A DNA stretch of 64,000 nt from Candidatus Aenigmatarchaeota archaeon (lineage in GTDB: Archaea; Aenigmatarchaeota; Aenigmatarchaeia; CG10238-14). This document shows positions 1 through 9,386 of the stretch, in pieces (within the stretch, counting starts at the first letter, position 1; the number at the start of each line of letters is the position of its first letter). Where the stretch lies: contig JAHLMN010000009.1 of the NCBI GenBank assembly GCA_018920345.1, positions 23,420 through 87,419 of the forward strand. The letters are read 5' to 3'. Below the pieces are notes generated by a model, which did no database searches, had not been told where the DNA came from, and saw only the letters and a program-made list of their open reading frames with translations. Position numbers and translations under genes: made by a program.

Positions 1-368
1 TCATCATATATACAATATTCCTTGTGTCTATGTGTGTGCTTTTCTCTGTATTTTGGGTTAGCACATCTGGAATGGATTCTGAAAGTATTGCGAAACAAAT
101 AGACTCAATAGGAATGCAAATACCAGGATATAGAAAAAGTCCACAAATAATGAAAAGTGTCTTAGACAGATATATACCACCTTTAGCCGTATTAGGTGGG
201 TTGAGCATAGGTTTGTTAGCAGCTTTAGCTGATATAGTTGGTGCTTTTGGTTCTGGTACAGGTATATTGCTTACAGTAACAATTCTTTATGGCTTTAAAC
301 AACAATTTAAACAAGAAAATCTAGAAGGTGCTCATCCATTGATAAAGAAATTCGTGGGTGAGGACTAG
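1..368 (+). CDS. secY: Preprotein translocase SecY, C-terminal fragment (gene continues upstream of window)
   Basis: C-terminal SecY signature (QIPGYR..., GSGTGILLTV) in the frame open to the window edge. Followed by a DUF106-like membrane gene and L34e, as in archaeal ribosomal clusters. Confidence 0.7.
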   Translation, partial: IIYTIFLVSMCVLFSVFWVSTSGMDSESIAKQIDSIGMQIPGYRKSPQIMKSVLDRYIPPLAVLGGLSIGLLAALADIVGAFGSGTGILLTVTILYGFKQQFKQENLEGAHPLIKKFVGED

Positions 369-856
369 TGATTTTTAATGGAATTTTGAATTTTTTGTTT
401 GGGCCATTGTTATCTTTACCTGGCTATTTAAGTATATTAATAATATCTTTAATCTTCAGCTCTATAATGACTTATGCAAACAAAAAATTTTTGTGGACAA
501 AAGAAGTAAAGGAACTACAAAAAAAGATGAAAGATATCGAAAAAAAGGTTGATCAATTAAAGAAAGAAAAAAACAAAAAAAGTTTTGAAAAAGAATCTAT
601 GAAGCTTTTGGAAAAGCAGTCAGAATATATGTCCAAATATATGAAACATAGCATGAAGCCCTTGCTTGTATCAATAATTATCGCAATAATAATATTTCCT
701 TGGTTGAACGAAAACTATAAAAATACTACAATTTTTATTATACCTAAGTTTATTCCATTATTAGGTGGAGTAAGCTTGACATGGATATGGTGGTATATTA
801 TCTGCTCACTAACATTCAGCATAATAGGAAAAATATTATTGGAGGGTAAAAAATGA
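368..856 (+). CDS. DUF106/EMC3-Oxa1-like membrane protein (putative archaeal YidC-like insertase)
   Basis: TM, then a Lys/Glu-rich coiled coil, then TM. The position between secY and L34e matches the conserved archaeal DUF106 gene. Confidence 0.55.
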   Translation: MIFNGILNFLFGPLLSLPGYLSILIISLIFSSIMTYANKKFLWTKEVKELQKKMKDIEKKVDQLKKEKNKKSFEKESMKLLEKQSEYMSKYMKHSMKPLLVSIIIAIIIFPWLNENYKNTTIFIIPKFIPLLGGVSLTWIWWYIICSLTFSIIGKILLEGKK

Positions 857-1122
857 GCAAAACAATGTTCAAGTCAAGAAAATGGAAAAAACAAAAGTTA
901 AAGGTTCCAGGAGGTAGAACAGTTACTCATTTTAGAAAACCAAAACCAAATATAGCAAGATGTGGAAATTGTGGCAAGCCTTTACATGGAATACCAAGAG
1001 CGAGACAATCAGAAATGAAAAAATTTGCAAAAACAGAAAAAAGACCAGAAAGGCCTTACGGGGGTGTTCTCTGCTCTAATTGCATGAGAAAATCTATTGC
1101 TACAAAAGCAAGAAGTTTGTAA
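853..1122 (+). CDS. rpl34e: 50S ribosomal protein L34e
   Basis: Basic 89-aa protein with GRTVTHFRKPK...CGNCGKPLHGIP zinc-ribbon-like motif typical of L34e. Confidence 0.85.
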   Translation: MSKTMFKSRKWKKQKLKVPGGRTVTHFRKPKPNIARCGNCGKPLHGIPRARQSEMKKFAKTEKRPERPYGGVLCSNCMRKSIATKARSL

Positions 1123-1236
1123 AGTTTTTAAATTTTAATTTTATTTTAATAAAAAGGTGGAATTGGTGTTTGGTGAATATCTTTGCTAATTTTCTAAAAA
1201 TTATTAATTCTATTTCTATCAAATTATTATTTAAAA

Positions 1237-1359
1237 GCGGAGTTGGCAGAACGGCTATGCAACCGATTGCCTTTGGCAAGTTGAAGCTGCAGAACTGGTG
1301 TACTGATTTTGATGATGTGCTGACACCGGTCAAAGAGGGTTCAACTCCCTCACTCCGCT
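1237..1359 (+). tRNA. tRNA with long (~50 nt) intron; anticodon not resolved
   Basis: 7-bp acceptor GCGGAGT/ACTCCGC. T-arm GAGGG-TTCAACT-CCCTC. Anticodon stem ACCG.../...CGGT separated by about 60 nt. 123 nt total implies an intron. Confidence 0.55.
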
Positions 1360-1372
1360 TTATACAGGTGTT

Positions 1373-2857
1373 TTGATGTTAAAATTATATAATACATTAG
1401 GTAGACAAAAGGTATTTTTGAAACCTTTAAAAGATAAACTAGTGAGAATGTATAGTTGTGGTCCAACTGTTTATGATTATGCTCATCTCGGTCATTTTAG
1501 AGCATATGTTTTTGTTGACACACTAAAAAGAGTTTTGAAATACAACAAATACAAAGTCAAACATGTCATGAATATCACAGATGTAGGACATTTAACTTCA
1601 GACGCCGATACAGGGGAAGATAAGATGGAAAAAGGGGCGAAAAGGGAAGGAAAAACTGTTTGGGAGATAGCAGAATTTTACACAAAAGATTTTTTTGATG
1701 CAATGGAAAAATTGAATGTTGAAAGAGCAAACATAATTTGCAAAGCAACCGATCATATAAAAGAAATGGTTGATATGGTACAAAAAATAATTGATAATGG
1801 TTATGCATATGTAATTTCAGATGGAATTTATTTTGACACGAGCAAATTGAAAGATTATGGAAAGTTAGCAGGATTTAATCCAGAAGAGTTGAAGGCTGGA
1901 GCAAGAGTTGAATTTAATGAAGAAAAGAAAAATCCAACTGATTTTGCTTTGTGGAAGTTTACTGCAAAAGATCAAAAAAGACAGATGGAATGGCAAAATG
2001 AATTTTTCTTTAAAGCCGAACAAATTGATTTAAGCAAAATATTAGCTTATGCAAATGACAATCCAAACATTAAAATAGAAAAATCTGGTAAAAGATTCAA
2101 ACTAATAGTTAAAGGTTTTCCCGGTTGGCATATTGAATGTAGTGCAATGAGCATAAAATATTTGGGAAAGGTTTTTGACATACATACTGGTGGTATAGAT
2201 CATATACCTGTTCATCATACAAACGAAATAGCACAATCTGAAGCAGCATTGAAAAAGGAAAGTGTCAAAATATGGATGCATAATGAATTTGTTTTAGTTG
2301 ATAATCAAAAAATGAGCAAATCTTTGCAAAATTTTTATACAATGCATGATATTTTAGCGAAAGGTTTCGATCCTTTAGCTTTGAGATATCTTTTCTTAAC
2401 AGCTCATTATAGGTCAAAATTAAATTTTACATGGGATTCTTTAAAAGCAGCTGAAAATGCTTACAAATCTTTGAAAGAAAAAATTGCTTCATTGGATTTA
2501 AATAAAAAAGGTAAAAGTCAAAAAATAAAAGAATACAAAAAGAAATTTTTGGAATTTATTAATGATGATCTGAACACACCTCAAGCTTTATCATTGTTAT
2601 GGCAAATGTTAAAAGATGATGAATTGAGCGATAAAGAAAAATATGAGCTAGCTTTAGATTTTGATAAAGTTTTTGGATTAAAGTTGAAAGAAGCAAAAGT
2701 TGAAATACCAAAAGAAATTGTTGAACTTGCTGAAGAAAGATTGAAAGCTAGAAAAGAAAAAAATTGGAAAAAGGCTGATCAATTAAGAGAAGAGATAAAG
2801 AAAAAAGGTTATTCAATAGAAGACACTGATGATGGTTATAAAATATTCAAACTCTAA
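1373..2857 (+). CDS. cysS: Cysteinyl-tRNA synthetase
   Basis: [13 protein letters not shown] (HIGH) and KMSKS motifs. Class I CysRS architecture, 494 aa. Confidence 0.9.
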   Translation: MMLKLYNTLGRQKVFLKPLKDKLVRMYSCGPTVYDYAHLGHFRAYVFVDTLKRVLKYNKYKVKHVMNITDVGHLTSDADTGEDKMEKGAKREGKTVWEIAEFYTKDFFDAMEKLNVERANIICKATDHIKEMVDMVQKIIDNGYAYVISDGIYFDTSKLKDYGKLAGFNPEELKAGARVEFNEEKKNPTDFALWKFTAKDQKRQMEWQNEFFFKAEQIDLSKILAYANDNPNIKIEKSGKRFKLIVKGFPGWHIECSAMSIKYLGKVFDIHTGGIDHIPVHHTNEIAQSEAALKKESVKIWMHNEFVLVDNQKMSKSLQNFYTMHDILAKGFDPLALRYLFLTAHYRSKLNFTWDSLKAAENAYKSLKEKIASLDLNKKGKSQKIKEYKKKFLEFINDDLNTPQALSLLWQMLKDDELSDKEKYELALDFDKVFGLKLKEAKVEIPKEIVELAEERLKARKEKNWKKADQLREEIKKKGYSIEDTDDGYKIFKL

Positions 2858-3611
2858 AAATCTTTGAAAATATTCTTTCAAGTATACTAGGCTCTTTATA
2901 ATTTTCTCCAGTAATAAATGATGCCAGCTTGAATATTTCTATGCTTGCTTTACTATTTTGTTTATATGCAACTAATGGTGTTTTATTTGACAAACTCTCA
3001 GAAAAATCAAAACTAAAAGGTATTGATGCTATTACAGGCAAACCAACTGTATCAGTGATTTCTTTTGCACTTAACTCAAATTTTTTTCCAGTGACCTTGT
3101 TTACAATTATTCCTATTGTTTGTACATTCATTTGGTCAAGAACATTTTTTGCTTTCAAAATGTCTGTAACAGCTGGTAGATCAGGTGTTGTTATTAGTAA
3201 AGCTTCTTGAGATGCTCTTATAGCAGATAAAGCTTCTTTACCAAAACCTGGAGCTGCATCCAAAAAAACAAAATCATTTTCTTTCAATGAATTTTGGAGT
3301 TTTTCTCTTATTTCAATCATGTCTATGCCAACAAGATCAGAAAGATTTAAAGAAGCAGGTAAGATGTTAACGCCAGTACCATGAGGAAATATTACATCAT
3401 TTATAGATGCCGAACCTCTTAAAAAATCATTAAATGTTTTTGGATAAAAGAAAATGCCAAAATGCATGCCAAGATGAGATGTTGTCAAATTACAATCAAC
3501 TGCAGTAACTTTTTTAGAAAACTTTAAAGATAAAGCGGCGCTTAAATTGGCTGTTATTGTTGTCTTGCCTACACCGCCTTTACCAGAAATTATACCTATT
3601 ATTCGAGACAT
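2847..3611 (-). CDS. MinD/ParA-family P-loop ATPase
   Basis: Deviant Walker A GKGGVGKTT at the N-terminus. About 250 aa, typical archaeal MinD-like. Confidence 0.7.
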   Translation of the reverse strand: MSRIIGIISGKGGVGKTTITANLSAALSLKFSKKVTAVDCNLTTSHLGMHFGIFFYPKTFNDFLRGSASINDVIFPHGTGVNILPASLNLSDLVGIDMIEIREKLQNSLKENDFVFLDAAPGFGKEALSAIRASQEALLITTPDLPAVTDILKAKNVLDQMNVQTIGIIVNKVTGKKFELSAKEITDTVGLPVIASIPFSFDFSESLSNKTPLVAYKQNSKASIEIFKLASFITGENYKEPSILERIFSKIFRV

Positions 3612-3636
3612 ACAAATCTATTTTTACTTGCAAAGT

Positions 3637-4746
3637 TTATAATCTTTCTTCTATTCTTATAAACTCGTTTATCTTGCAAATCCTTTCACCACTTATGCCT
3701 ATCTTTGCCATATCACATTCTAAACCAACACCTAATTGAGCTATTAATGGATCTTCTGTTTCTCCTGATCTATGAGAAATGACGGTTGCTATATTATGTC
3801 TTTTAGCATATTCAACAACTTTTTTAACATCTGTTATAGTGCCAATTTGGTTTGGTTTTACAATTATTGCATTTATAGCATCTCTTTTTATTGCTTGATC
3901 TAGCCTATATATATTTGTCGCTATTAAATCATCTCCGCAGATCAAAACATCTTTGTTGCTTCTTTTCAAGCTAGCAAACAACTCAAAATCATCTTCTTCA
4001 AAAGGATCTTCAACATATTTCAAATTATATTTTGTTATTAGTTTTGTCATAAATGTATATTGTTGTTTGGCACTTCTTTTATTGTAATTACCAGCAACAT
4101 CAACACCCAAATTTATATTTCTTCCGTGAAAATGTTTGTGAATTAAATCAAGAATTTTTTCTGTTTTTAAAGAAGTTGTCCATGCTGATTCTAAATTTTT
4201 TCCATGTAAAAACTTTTTGTCCTCTTTTTCAAGTAATTTTTCTAGCTCCAAATAAATATTGGCTATATTAAAAATTTCTTCTTTAAAACTATTTTGTTTT
4301 TTAGGATATACTAAAAATTCTTGTATCTCACTGTTATGCCAACCTCCTGCTAAATTACACAAAGGCTTTGGCATCATTCTGCCTTTCAAATATTCAAATA
4401 CTTCCATATTGTTTTCAGCTGCAAATGCCTTCAAAAAAGCAGCTGAAATACCTAAAGCAAGATTACCACCAATATTTCTAAAATCATTACTCCCATCAAT
4501 TTTTTTAAGTTCTAAATCAACTTCCTCTTGACTTGCAAAATTTTTTGTTAAAAAATTATTTTTTATTAAAGAAAATGATTTTGTCAAATGTTCAAAGGGG
4601 AATGATTTAACTTCATACTTACCTGTGCTTGTACCCATAGGGACTCCATATCTTGCCTTTACTTTACCTGTGTCAATTTCAACTTCTATTGTCCTTTTAG
4701 AATTTGTTGCAAGTATTTCTCTTAATTTTATTTGTTTTACTCTCAT
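3637..4746 (-). CDS. eno: Enolase (short/divergent form)
   Basis: N-terminal IKLREIL...TIEVEI...GVPMGTSTGKYE and C-terminal SHRSGETEDP enolase signatures. At 369 aa it is shorter than canonical. Confidence 0.7.
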   Translation of the reverse strand: MRVKQIKLREILATNSKRTIEVEIDTGKVKARYGVPMGTSTGKYEVKSFPFEHLTKSFSLIKNNFLTKNFASQEEVDLELKKIDGSNDFRNIGGNLALGISAAFLKAFAAENNMEVFEYLKGRMMPKPLCNLAGGWHNSEIQEFLVYPKKQNSFKEEIFNIANIYLELEKLLEKEDKKFLHGKNLESAWTTSLKTEKILDLIHKHFHGRNINLGVDVAGNYNKRSAKQQYTFMTKLITKYNLKYVEDPFEEDDFELFASLKRSNKDVLICGDDLIATNIYRLDQAIKRDAINAIIVKPNQIGTITDVKKVVEYAKRHNIATVISHRSGETEDPLIAQLGVGLECDMAKIGISGERICKINEFIRIEERL

Positions 4747-4749
4747 TAT

Positions 4750-5589
4750 TTATCGACCTTTCAAAGCATTGGGAATTTCTTTTATTAAATCACTTGCCAT
4801 AACAGACTCGCCAAATTTCTTGCTTGCCATTTCACCTGCCAAACCATTTATATAAGCACCTAAACACCCTGCTGTAAAAGTATCTATGCCTCTTGCAAGT
4901 AAAGCACCACAAATGCCTGCCAAAGTATCACCAAATCCACCTTTTGTCATGAATGTTGAACCTGTCTTGTTAATAGCTGTATGTTCAGGTGAAGCTATTA
5001 CATCAATATGACCTTTCAAAACAATTGTTGTTTGAAATCTTTTAGCTGATTCTTCTACATATCTTATTCTCTCATTCAAATGCGTAGAAGGTTGTAATCC
5101 TGTTAACACAAAAAATTCTCTTGTATGCGGTGTTATTAAATGATTTTTTGCTAATTCTGGTTTTAACTGTAAAGCATGAATGGCATCGGCATCTATAACA
5201 CATGGCAACCCACTTTTTTCAATAAAGTCCAAAACAGCTAACAAAGTTTCTTTTTCTCTTCCTAATCCACCACCAATAACACAAGCAGTTTTTTTGTGGC
5301 TTAATTTTAGCAGCTCAGGCACATGACGTCTTGTCAAAAAATCTCCTTTTAGAGGATAAGTTACAATGTCAGGCGAAAAAGAAGCTATTATATTGGCAGC
5401 TCTCTCAGGCGCTGCTACAGTTACTAGATCTACGCCGGCTCTATATGCAGCTAGAGCATTAAATGTAGGTGAACCAGAATAAATTTTACTTCCGCCTATA
5501 ACTAGAAGGCTACCAAAATTATATTTTCTGGACCAATCATCTCTTTTTTTATAAACAGTTTTTAGTAAATTTTTATTTACAAGCAACAC
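4750..5589 (-). CDS. NAD(P)H-hydrate dehydratase (YjeF C-terminal carbohydrate-kinase-like domain)
   Basis: SLLVIGGS...GSPTFNALAAYRAGVDLVTV and GFGDTLAGICGALLARG motifs of the YjeF_C/Nnr family. Confidence 0.7.
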   Translation of the reverse strand: MLLVNKNLLKTVYKKRDDWSRKYNFGSLLVIGGSKIYSGSPTFNALAAYRAGVDLVTVAAPERAANIIASFSPDIVTYPLKGDFLTRRHVPELLKLSHKKTACVIGGGLGREKETLLAVLDFIEKSGLPCVIDADAIHALQLKPELAKNHLITPHTREFFVLTGLQPSTHLNERIRYVEESAKRFQTTIVLKGHIDVIASPEHTAINKTGSTFMTKGGFGDTLAGICGALLARGIDTFTAGCLGAYINGLAGEMASKKFGESVMASDLIKEIPNALKGR

Positions 5590-5637
5590 AATTATTATTT
5601 ATTAAAAACTTATATTAAATAGTAGAGGTTTTTTCAA

Positions 5638-6672
5638 ATGGTAGTAAGAGTTTGTGTCAATGGTATAGGTACTATTGGAAAAAGAGTTGCTCATGCTGTG
5701 AAGTTACAAGATGATATGAAACTGGCAGCAATATCAACAACTTCTGCTTCATATACCTTGCGTACATTACTTGAGCCTGAAGGTCCTTTATATGGCACTG
5801 ACTTGTGGTGCTCTGTACCAGAAAAACTAAAAGCAATGAGAGATGCTGGCATGTATGTTAACGGCACTTTAGAAGAGTTGTTAGCAAGCGGCAAAATAGA
5901 TATTGTTGTTGATTGTACTCCAGAAGGTATAGGTGCACAAAATAAGATAATGTACCAAAAATATGGAGTAAAAGCAATATTTCAAGGTGGAGAAAAGGCT
6001 AATGTTGGTGAGATGACATTTAATTCTTTTGTAAATTATCAAGAAGCTTTGGGTAAAAATTATGTAAGAGTACCTAGTTGCAATACAACATCTTTAATTA
6101 GAACTCTAAATGTTCTAGATAAATTAGCTGGTATAGAAAGTGTATTTGCTACTATTATAAGAAGGGCGAGTGATCCTGCTGACACTGAAAAAACTATAAT
6201 GAATACTATAGAGCCTACTACTACTGTTCCTTCACATCATGGTCCAGATGTACAGACAGTATTGAAGCATATAAACATAAAGACGATGGCGTTCAAAGTA
6301 CCAACTACTCTTGCTCATGTACATGCAGTTAATGCTAAAGTTAAAGGGCAAGTAAAAAAAGATGAATTAGAAGAGGCATTTGTAAAGAATACAAGAATAA
6401 TTCTTGTGAGTGCTGATCAAGGCTATAAGAATACTGCAACTGTTATTGAAAGATTTAGAGATTTATGTAGACCAAGAAACGATATGCCTGAAGTTGCTGT
6501 ATGGAAAGAAACAATTGCTGTTGACGGTAGCAATGTTTATTGGAGTCATATGGTTCATCAAGAGTCAATTGTTATACCTGAAAACATTGATTGTATAAGG
6601 GCAATGTGTAATTTGGAAAAAGACGGTTGGAGTTCAATTAAAAAAACAAACAAATCTTTAGGTATAAGCTGA
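5638..6672 (+). CDS. gap: Glyceraldehyde-3-phosphate dehydrogenase, archaeal type II
   Basis: VNGIGTIGKRVAHAV Rossmann motif and SCNTT catalytic Cys region. 344 aa. Confidence 0.85.
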   Translation: MVVRVCVNGIGTIGKRVAHAVKLQDDMKLAAISTTSASYTLRTLLEPEGPLYGTDLWCSVPEKLKAMRDAGMYVNGTLEELLASGKIDIVVDCTPEGIGAQNKIMYQKYGVKAIFQGGEKANVGEMTFNSFVNYQEALGKNYVRVPSCNTTSLIRTLNVLDKLAGIESVFATIIRRASDPADTEKTIMNTIEPTTTVPSHHGPDVQTVLKHINIKTMAFKVPTTLAHVHAVNAKVKGQVKKDELEEAFVKNTRIILVSADQGYKNTATVIERFRDLCRPRNDMPEVAVWKETIAVDGSNVYWSHMVHQESIVIPENIDCIRAMCNLEKDGWSSIKKTNKSLGIS

Positions 6673-6784
6673 TTTTCTATTTAATAGAAGAATATGTATT
6701 ATTATTTTAGAAAAAATATATTTTCAATGTATTATGGCTTGGATGATTCTCAGAGGCCGTTTAACAAAAATAATAAATTTTTAA

Positions 6785-7183
6785 GAGAAAATTGGCGTTT
6801 TTGGTATAACTTTACATTTCCTTTATTCTGAATATCCTGAACTTTGTAGATATATATGGACTCTGGGCCAACCACAAAAAGAGCATGAAATTTTTATAGC
6901 TAATTTTCTTTCTCAATGCGACACTGATGATATAGTCTATGCTTGCTCCCACTATTCTATATATCCACAACTAAAGAATTTAGATGTCTTAAAAATAAAT
7001 GGTTGGGAAAAAAGATCAAAAGAGAGTTATTTATATTCAAGAGCGAATCATGATGCAAAGCAAACATCTCTTAAAATATTAAATGCAATTGAAAATGGAA
7101 AGTCTTTAGATGGTTTTTTAGAGAGATATTTTGGGGATAGAGAATTACTAGAGTTTTTATTGAATGAAAGGTTTCGTCATTAA
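6785..7183 (+). pseudogene. Stop-to-stop ORF of 132 codons lacking any ATG/GTG/TTG start; possible frameshifted remnant (short ATG ORF 6727-6831 in adjacent frame)
   Basis: A manual frame walk shows an uninterrupted frame from TAA at 6782 to TAA at 7181 with no canonical start. An upstream 35-codon ATG ORF lies one frame off. The gene sits directly upstream of the HNH nuclease gene. Confidence 0.3.
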
Positions 7184-7216
7184 TCAATTTTATGAATGTT
7201 TAATGGAATTATTTAA

Positions 7217-7771
7217 TTGAGTAGAATGCCTCCAGCTGCAGTAAAAACAATAAAAGACTTGATATTTTGGCAATATGCAAAAATTATATCTAAATCGGCA
7301 GGTTTTGGTATTAATGTAAGAGCTTTTCAAATGAAAAAATTTAAAGAACTTCAAAGTGGAAAAATTTTATGGTCTACCTCTGTTAGAGAATGGATAAAAG
7401 AAAATGAAAAACCTAATGAATGTATATATTGTGGTTCAAAAAAAGATTTAACAATAGAGCATATTTTACCTTTGTGTAGAAGTGGTCCTGATACTCCTGA
7501 AAATGTTATAAAAGTTTGTAAGAAATGTAATTCTAGCAAAGGAGAAAAAAGATTATATGAATGGTTTGGTTTAGAAAACAAAGATAAAATACCTAGAGTA
7601 TCTGAAGGAAAATATCTAAAATTGTTGTATAAACTTCATGAAAAAAATAATACTCTAGATAAAAGATTGTTGTGTGATGTTTGTGATATGTCAGAAAAAT
7701 GCAAAAAAGATGGAACTTATCATAAACTGAGTGTTTATTGTTTGGAAGGATGTTTTAAAAAGAATAAATAA
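7217..7771 (+). CDS. HNH endonuclease family protein
   Basis: CIYCGSKKDLTIEHILPLCRSGPDTPENVIKVCKKCNSSKG is the canonical HNH C-x2-C...H...N...C-x2-C motif. Confidence 0.75.
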   Translation: MSRMPPAAVKTIKDLIFWQYAKIISKSAGFGINVRAFQMKKFKELQSGKILWSTSVREWIKENEKPNECIYCGSKKDLTIEHILPLCRSGPDTPENVIKVCKKCNSSKGEKRLYEWFGLENKDKIPRVSEGKYLKLLYKLHEKNNTLDKRLLCDVCDMSEKCKKDGTYHKLSVYCLEGCFKKNK

Positions 7772-7837
7772 TTTTCTAATTATTCAGAATTTTTTATGAT
7801 ATTTTTATATCAAAGGGATTGAGAAATTGATGTTGTA

Positions 7838-7934
7838 TGCTCCGCACGGGATTTGAACCCGTGTCTGCGGCTCGAAAGGCCGCCATCCTTGACCGGATTT
7901 TCCTTAGCGTCATGCTAATCTAGACTAGCGGAGC
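7838..7934 (-). tRNA. tRNA-Glu (UUC) with probable ~24-nt insert between D-arm and anticodon arm
   Basis: Acceptor GCTCCGC/GCGGAGC. Anticodon arm GCGGC-CTTTCGA-GCCGC (anticodon UUC). T-arm ACACG?GGTTCAAATCCCGTG. The 97-nt length exceeds the mature size. Confidence 0.65.
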
Positions 7935-7940
7935 TCTTCA

Positions 7941-8013
7941 TGGGTCGAGCAGGAATTGAACCTGCGATTTCCGCCACGTCAAGGCGGCGTCATAGCCACT
8001 AGACCATCGACCC
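7941..8013 (-). tRNA. tRNA-Val (GAC)
   Basis: Cloverleaf with acceptor GGGTCGA/TCGACCC, anticodon arm CCGCC-TTGACGT-GGCGG and T-arm GCAGG-TTCAATT-CCTGC. Confidence 0.85.
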
Positions 8014-8058
8014 ACTTTAGCTAAATATATTCATTAGATATTTTTATTTATTTTTAAG

Positions 8059-8144
8059 CGCTGAGGACGGGATTTGAACCCGTAAGGAGCAAACGCTCCG
8101 CAGGTTTAGCAGACCTGTGCCATACCAGGTTAGGCGACCTCAGC
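8059..8144 (-). tRNA. tRNA-Ser (GCU)
   Basis: Acceptor GCTGAGG/CCTCAGC. Anticodon arm CAGGT-CTGCTAA-ACCTG. Long variable arm GGAGC-GTTT-GCTCC. T-arm ACGGG-TTCAAAT-CCCGT. Confidence 0.85.
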
Positions 8145-8229
8145 ATATTTAAATATGAATGTTTTAAAAACTATTAAATTGTTAATTTTTAATAATAAAA
8201 ATAGAATAAAATAATTGGAGGTTGAATGA

Positions 8230-8499
8230 ATGCCTATAACAGTAAGAGATATTACAGATGTTTTAAATAAAGATGTGTTTACAGACAAAGGATATTATTG
8301 CGGGAAAATATCTGATTTGGAATTTGATATCTCAAGGTTTAAGGTAAGGTCAATAGTAATTGCAACCGTCAAAGGCTCCTTCTTGGGAGATATGGTTGGT
8401 GGCAAGAAAGGTATTATTGTACCATATCCAATGGTACAATCAATAGGAGATGTAGTTATTATAAAGCATATAACAGCACCACCACCAGAGGAAAAGTAA
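8230..8499 (+). CDS. PRC-barrel domain protein
   Basis: An 89-aa beta-rich protein with the GxxIGxVxDxxFD-like PRC motifs (GKISDLEFDISRFKVRSIVI). Confidence 0.55.
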   Translation: MPITVRDITDVLNKDVFTDKGYYCGKISDLEFDISRFKVRSIVIATVKGSFLGDMVGGKKGIIVPYPMVQSIGDVVIIKHITAPPPEEK

Positions 8500-8751
8500 G
8501 TGTTCCCAAAAAAGACAAAAGAATATGAATGGATGAGAGCAGGAGATTTTTACGTCTTATACGACCCTGCGACTAATGAAAGTTTCAATCTAGATCCTAT
8601 TGCTTTTATTGTTTGGCTTCAATGTGACGGTAAAACACATATAGATGAAATCGTTGATTTGTTATCAGTAGAAAATAATAAAGACATAATTAAAGCAGCT
8701 GTATCTGGAATAATAGATAGATTAGCAGAAAATGGAATAATAAAAAAATAA
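8500..8751 (+). CDS. PqqD-like small protein (RiPP-recognition-element fold)
   Basis: YDPATNESFNLDPIAFIVWLQCDGKTHIDEIV resembles the PqqD/RRE signature. Confidence 0.45.
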   Translation: MFPKKTKEYEWMRAGDFYVLYDPATNESFNLDPIAFIVWLQCDGKTHIDEIVDLLSVENNKDIIKAAVSGIIDRLAENGIIKK

Positions 8752-8753
8752 AT

Positions 8754-9137
8754 CTACTTTATTTGTTTCAAAGTTCTTACACCATCAACTTCAAAGAAAA
8801 ATGTTTCTTCTCCCTCTTTTAGTTTTCCTTGCAATTCTTCTGGTATGTCAAGCTCTATAGTAGAATAATCTTCTAAATTCATTAATTGAGCTTTGTTACC
8901 TATTATAGCTAAGACTTGAGCTTTTTTCTTTAAAATCATTGGAGTATCTACTCTAGCATCTGATGGTTTAACAATAGATTTTCTTATACCATCAAATAGA
9001 CCTATAGCATCAACTCTTACTTTTGCATGTCCATGTTTGCCAGACTTGCTTATAGAAACTTCGTCTACTCTGCAAGGAACACCATCTATTGTTACAAAAC
9101 TCCCTTTCTTTAAATCCTTTATTTCAACTTGTGCCAT
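8754..9137 (-). CDS. eif5a: Translation initiation factor 5A (aIF-5A)
   Basis: Hypusination loop SKSGKHGHAKV. 127 aa with OB fold. Confidence 0.85.
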   Translation of the reverse strand: MAQVEIKDLKKGSFVTIDGVPCRVDEVSISKSGKHGHAKVRVDAIGLFDGIRKSIVKPSDARVDTPMILKKKAQVLAIIGNKAQLMNLEDYSTIELDIPEELQGKLKEGEETFFFEVDGVRTLKQIK

Positions 9138-9141
9138 TTAT

Positions 9142-9345
9142 TCACCTAAAAGCAATTTTTATATCACTTGCCTTTACAGTTACTCTATTAGCATGGTGAG
9201 CAGCAGCAACAGCATCAACAGCTATTTGATCGGCCAATTCAAGCATCGCTTCTCTCAAAGCTTTAACCGCAGACACAGCAATCCTTTCTGCTCCTGCTTC
9301 TTTGGCAATTTTTTCAATTGGCGATAATGGAAATTCTCTCACCAT
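9142..9345 (-). CDS. Archaeal histone (HMf family)
   Basis: 67 aa, MVREFPLSPIEKIAKEAGAERIA...ASDIKIAFR. Histone-fold signature. Confidence 0.85.
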   Translation of the reverse strand: MVREFPLSPIEKIAKEAGAERIAVSAVKALREAMLELADQIAVDAVAAAHHANRVTVKASDIKIAFR

Positions 9346-9386
9346 TCAACATCACATAAACTTTATGATTTTTTAATTTTATAAAT

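Noticed and set aside
1080-1376. ORFs 1080-1376 (+) and 1100-1333 (-) in the L34e-cysS spacer
   Set aside because: They overlap an intron-containing tRNA with clear acceptor and T arms. Low-complexity translation. Spurious.
3557-4855. Several 60-90 aa ORFs (for example 3557-3739, 4053-4271, 4259-4531, 4625-4855)
   Set aside because: They lie entirely antisense or out of frame within the enolase, ParA and NAD(P)HX dehydratase genes. AT-rich shadow ORFs.
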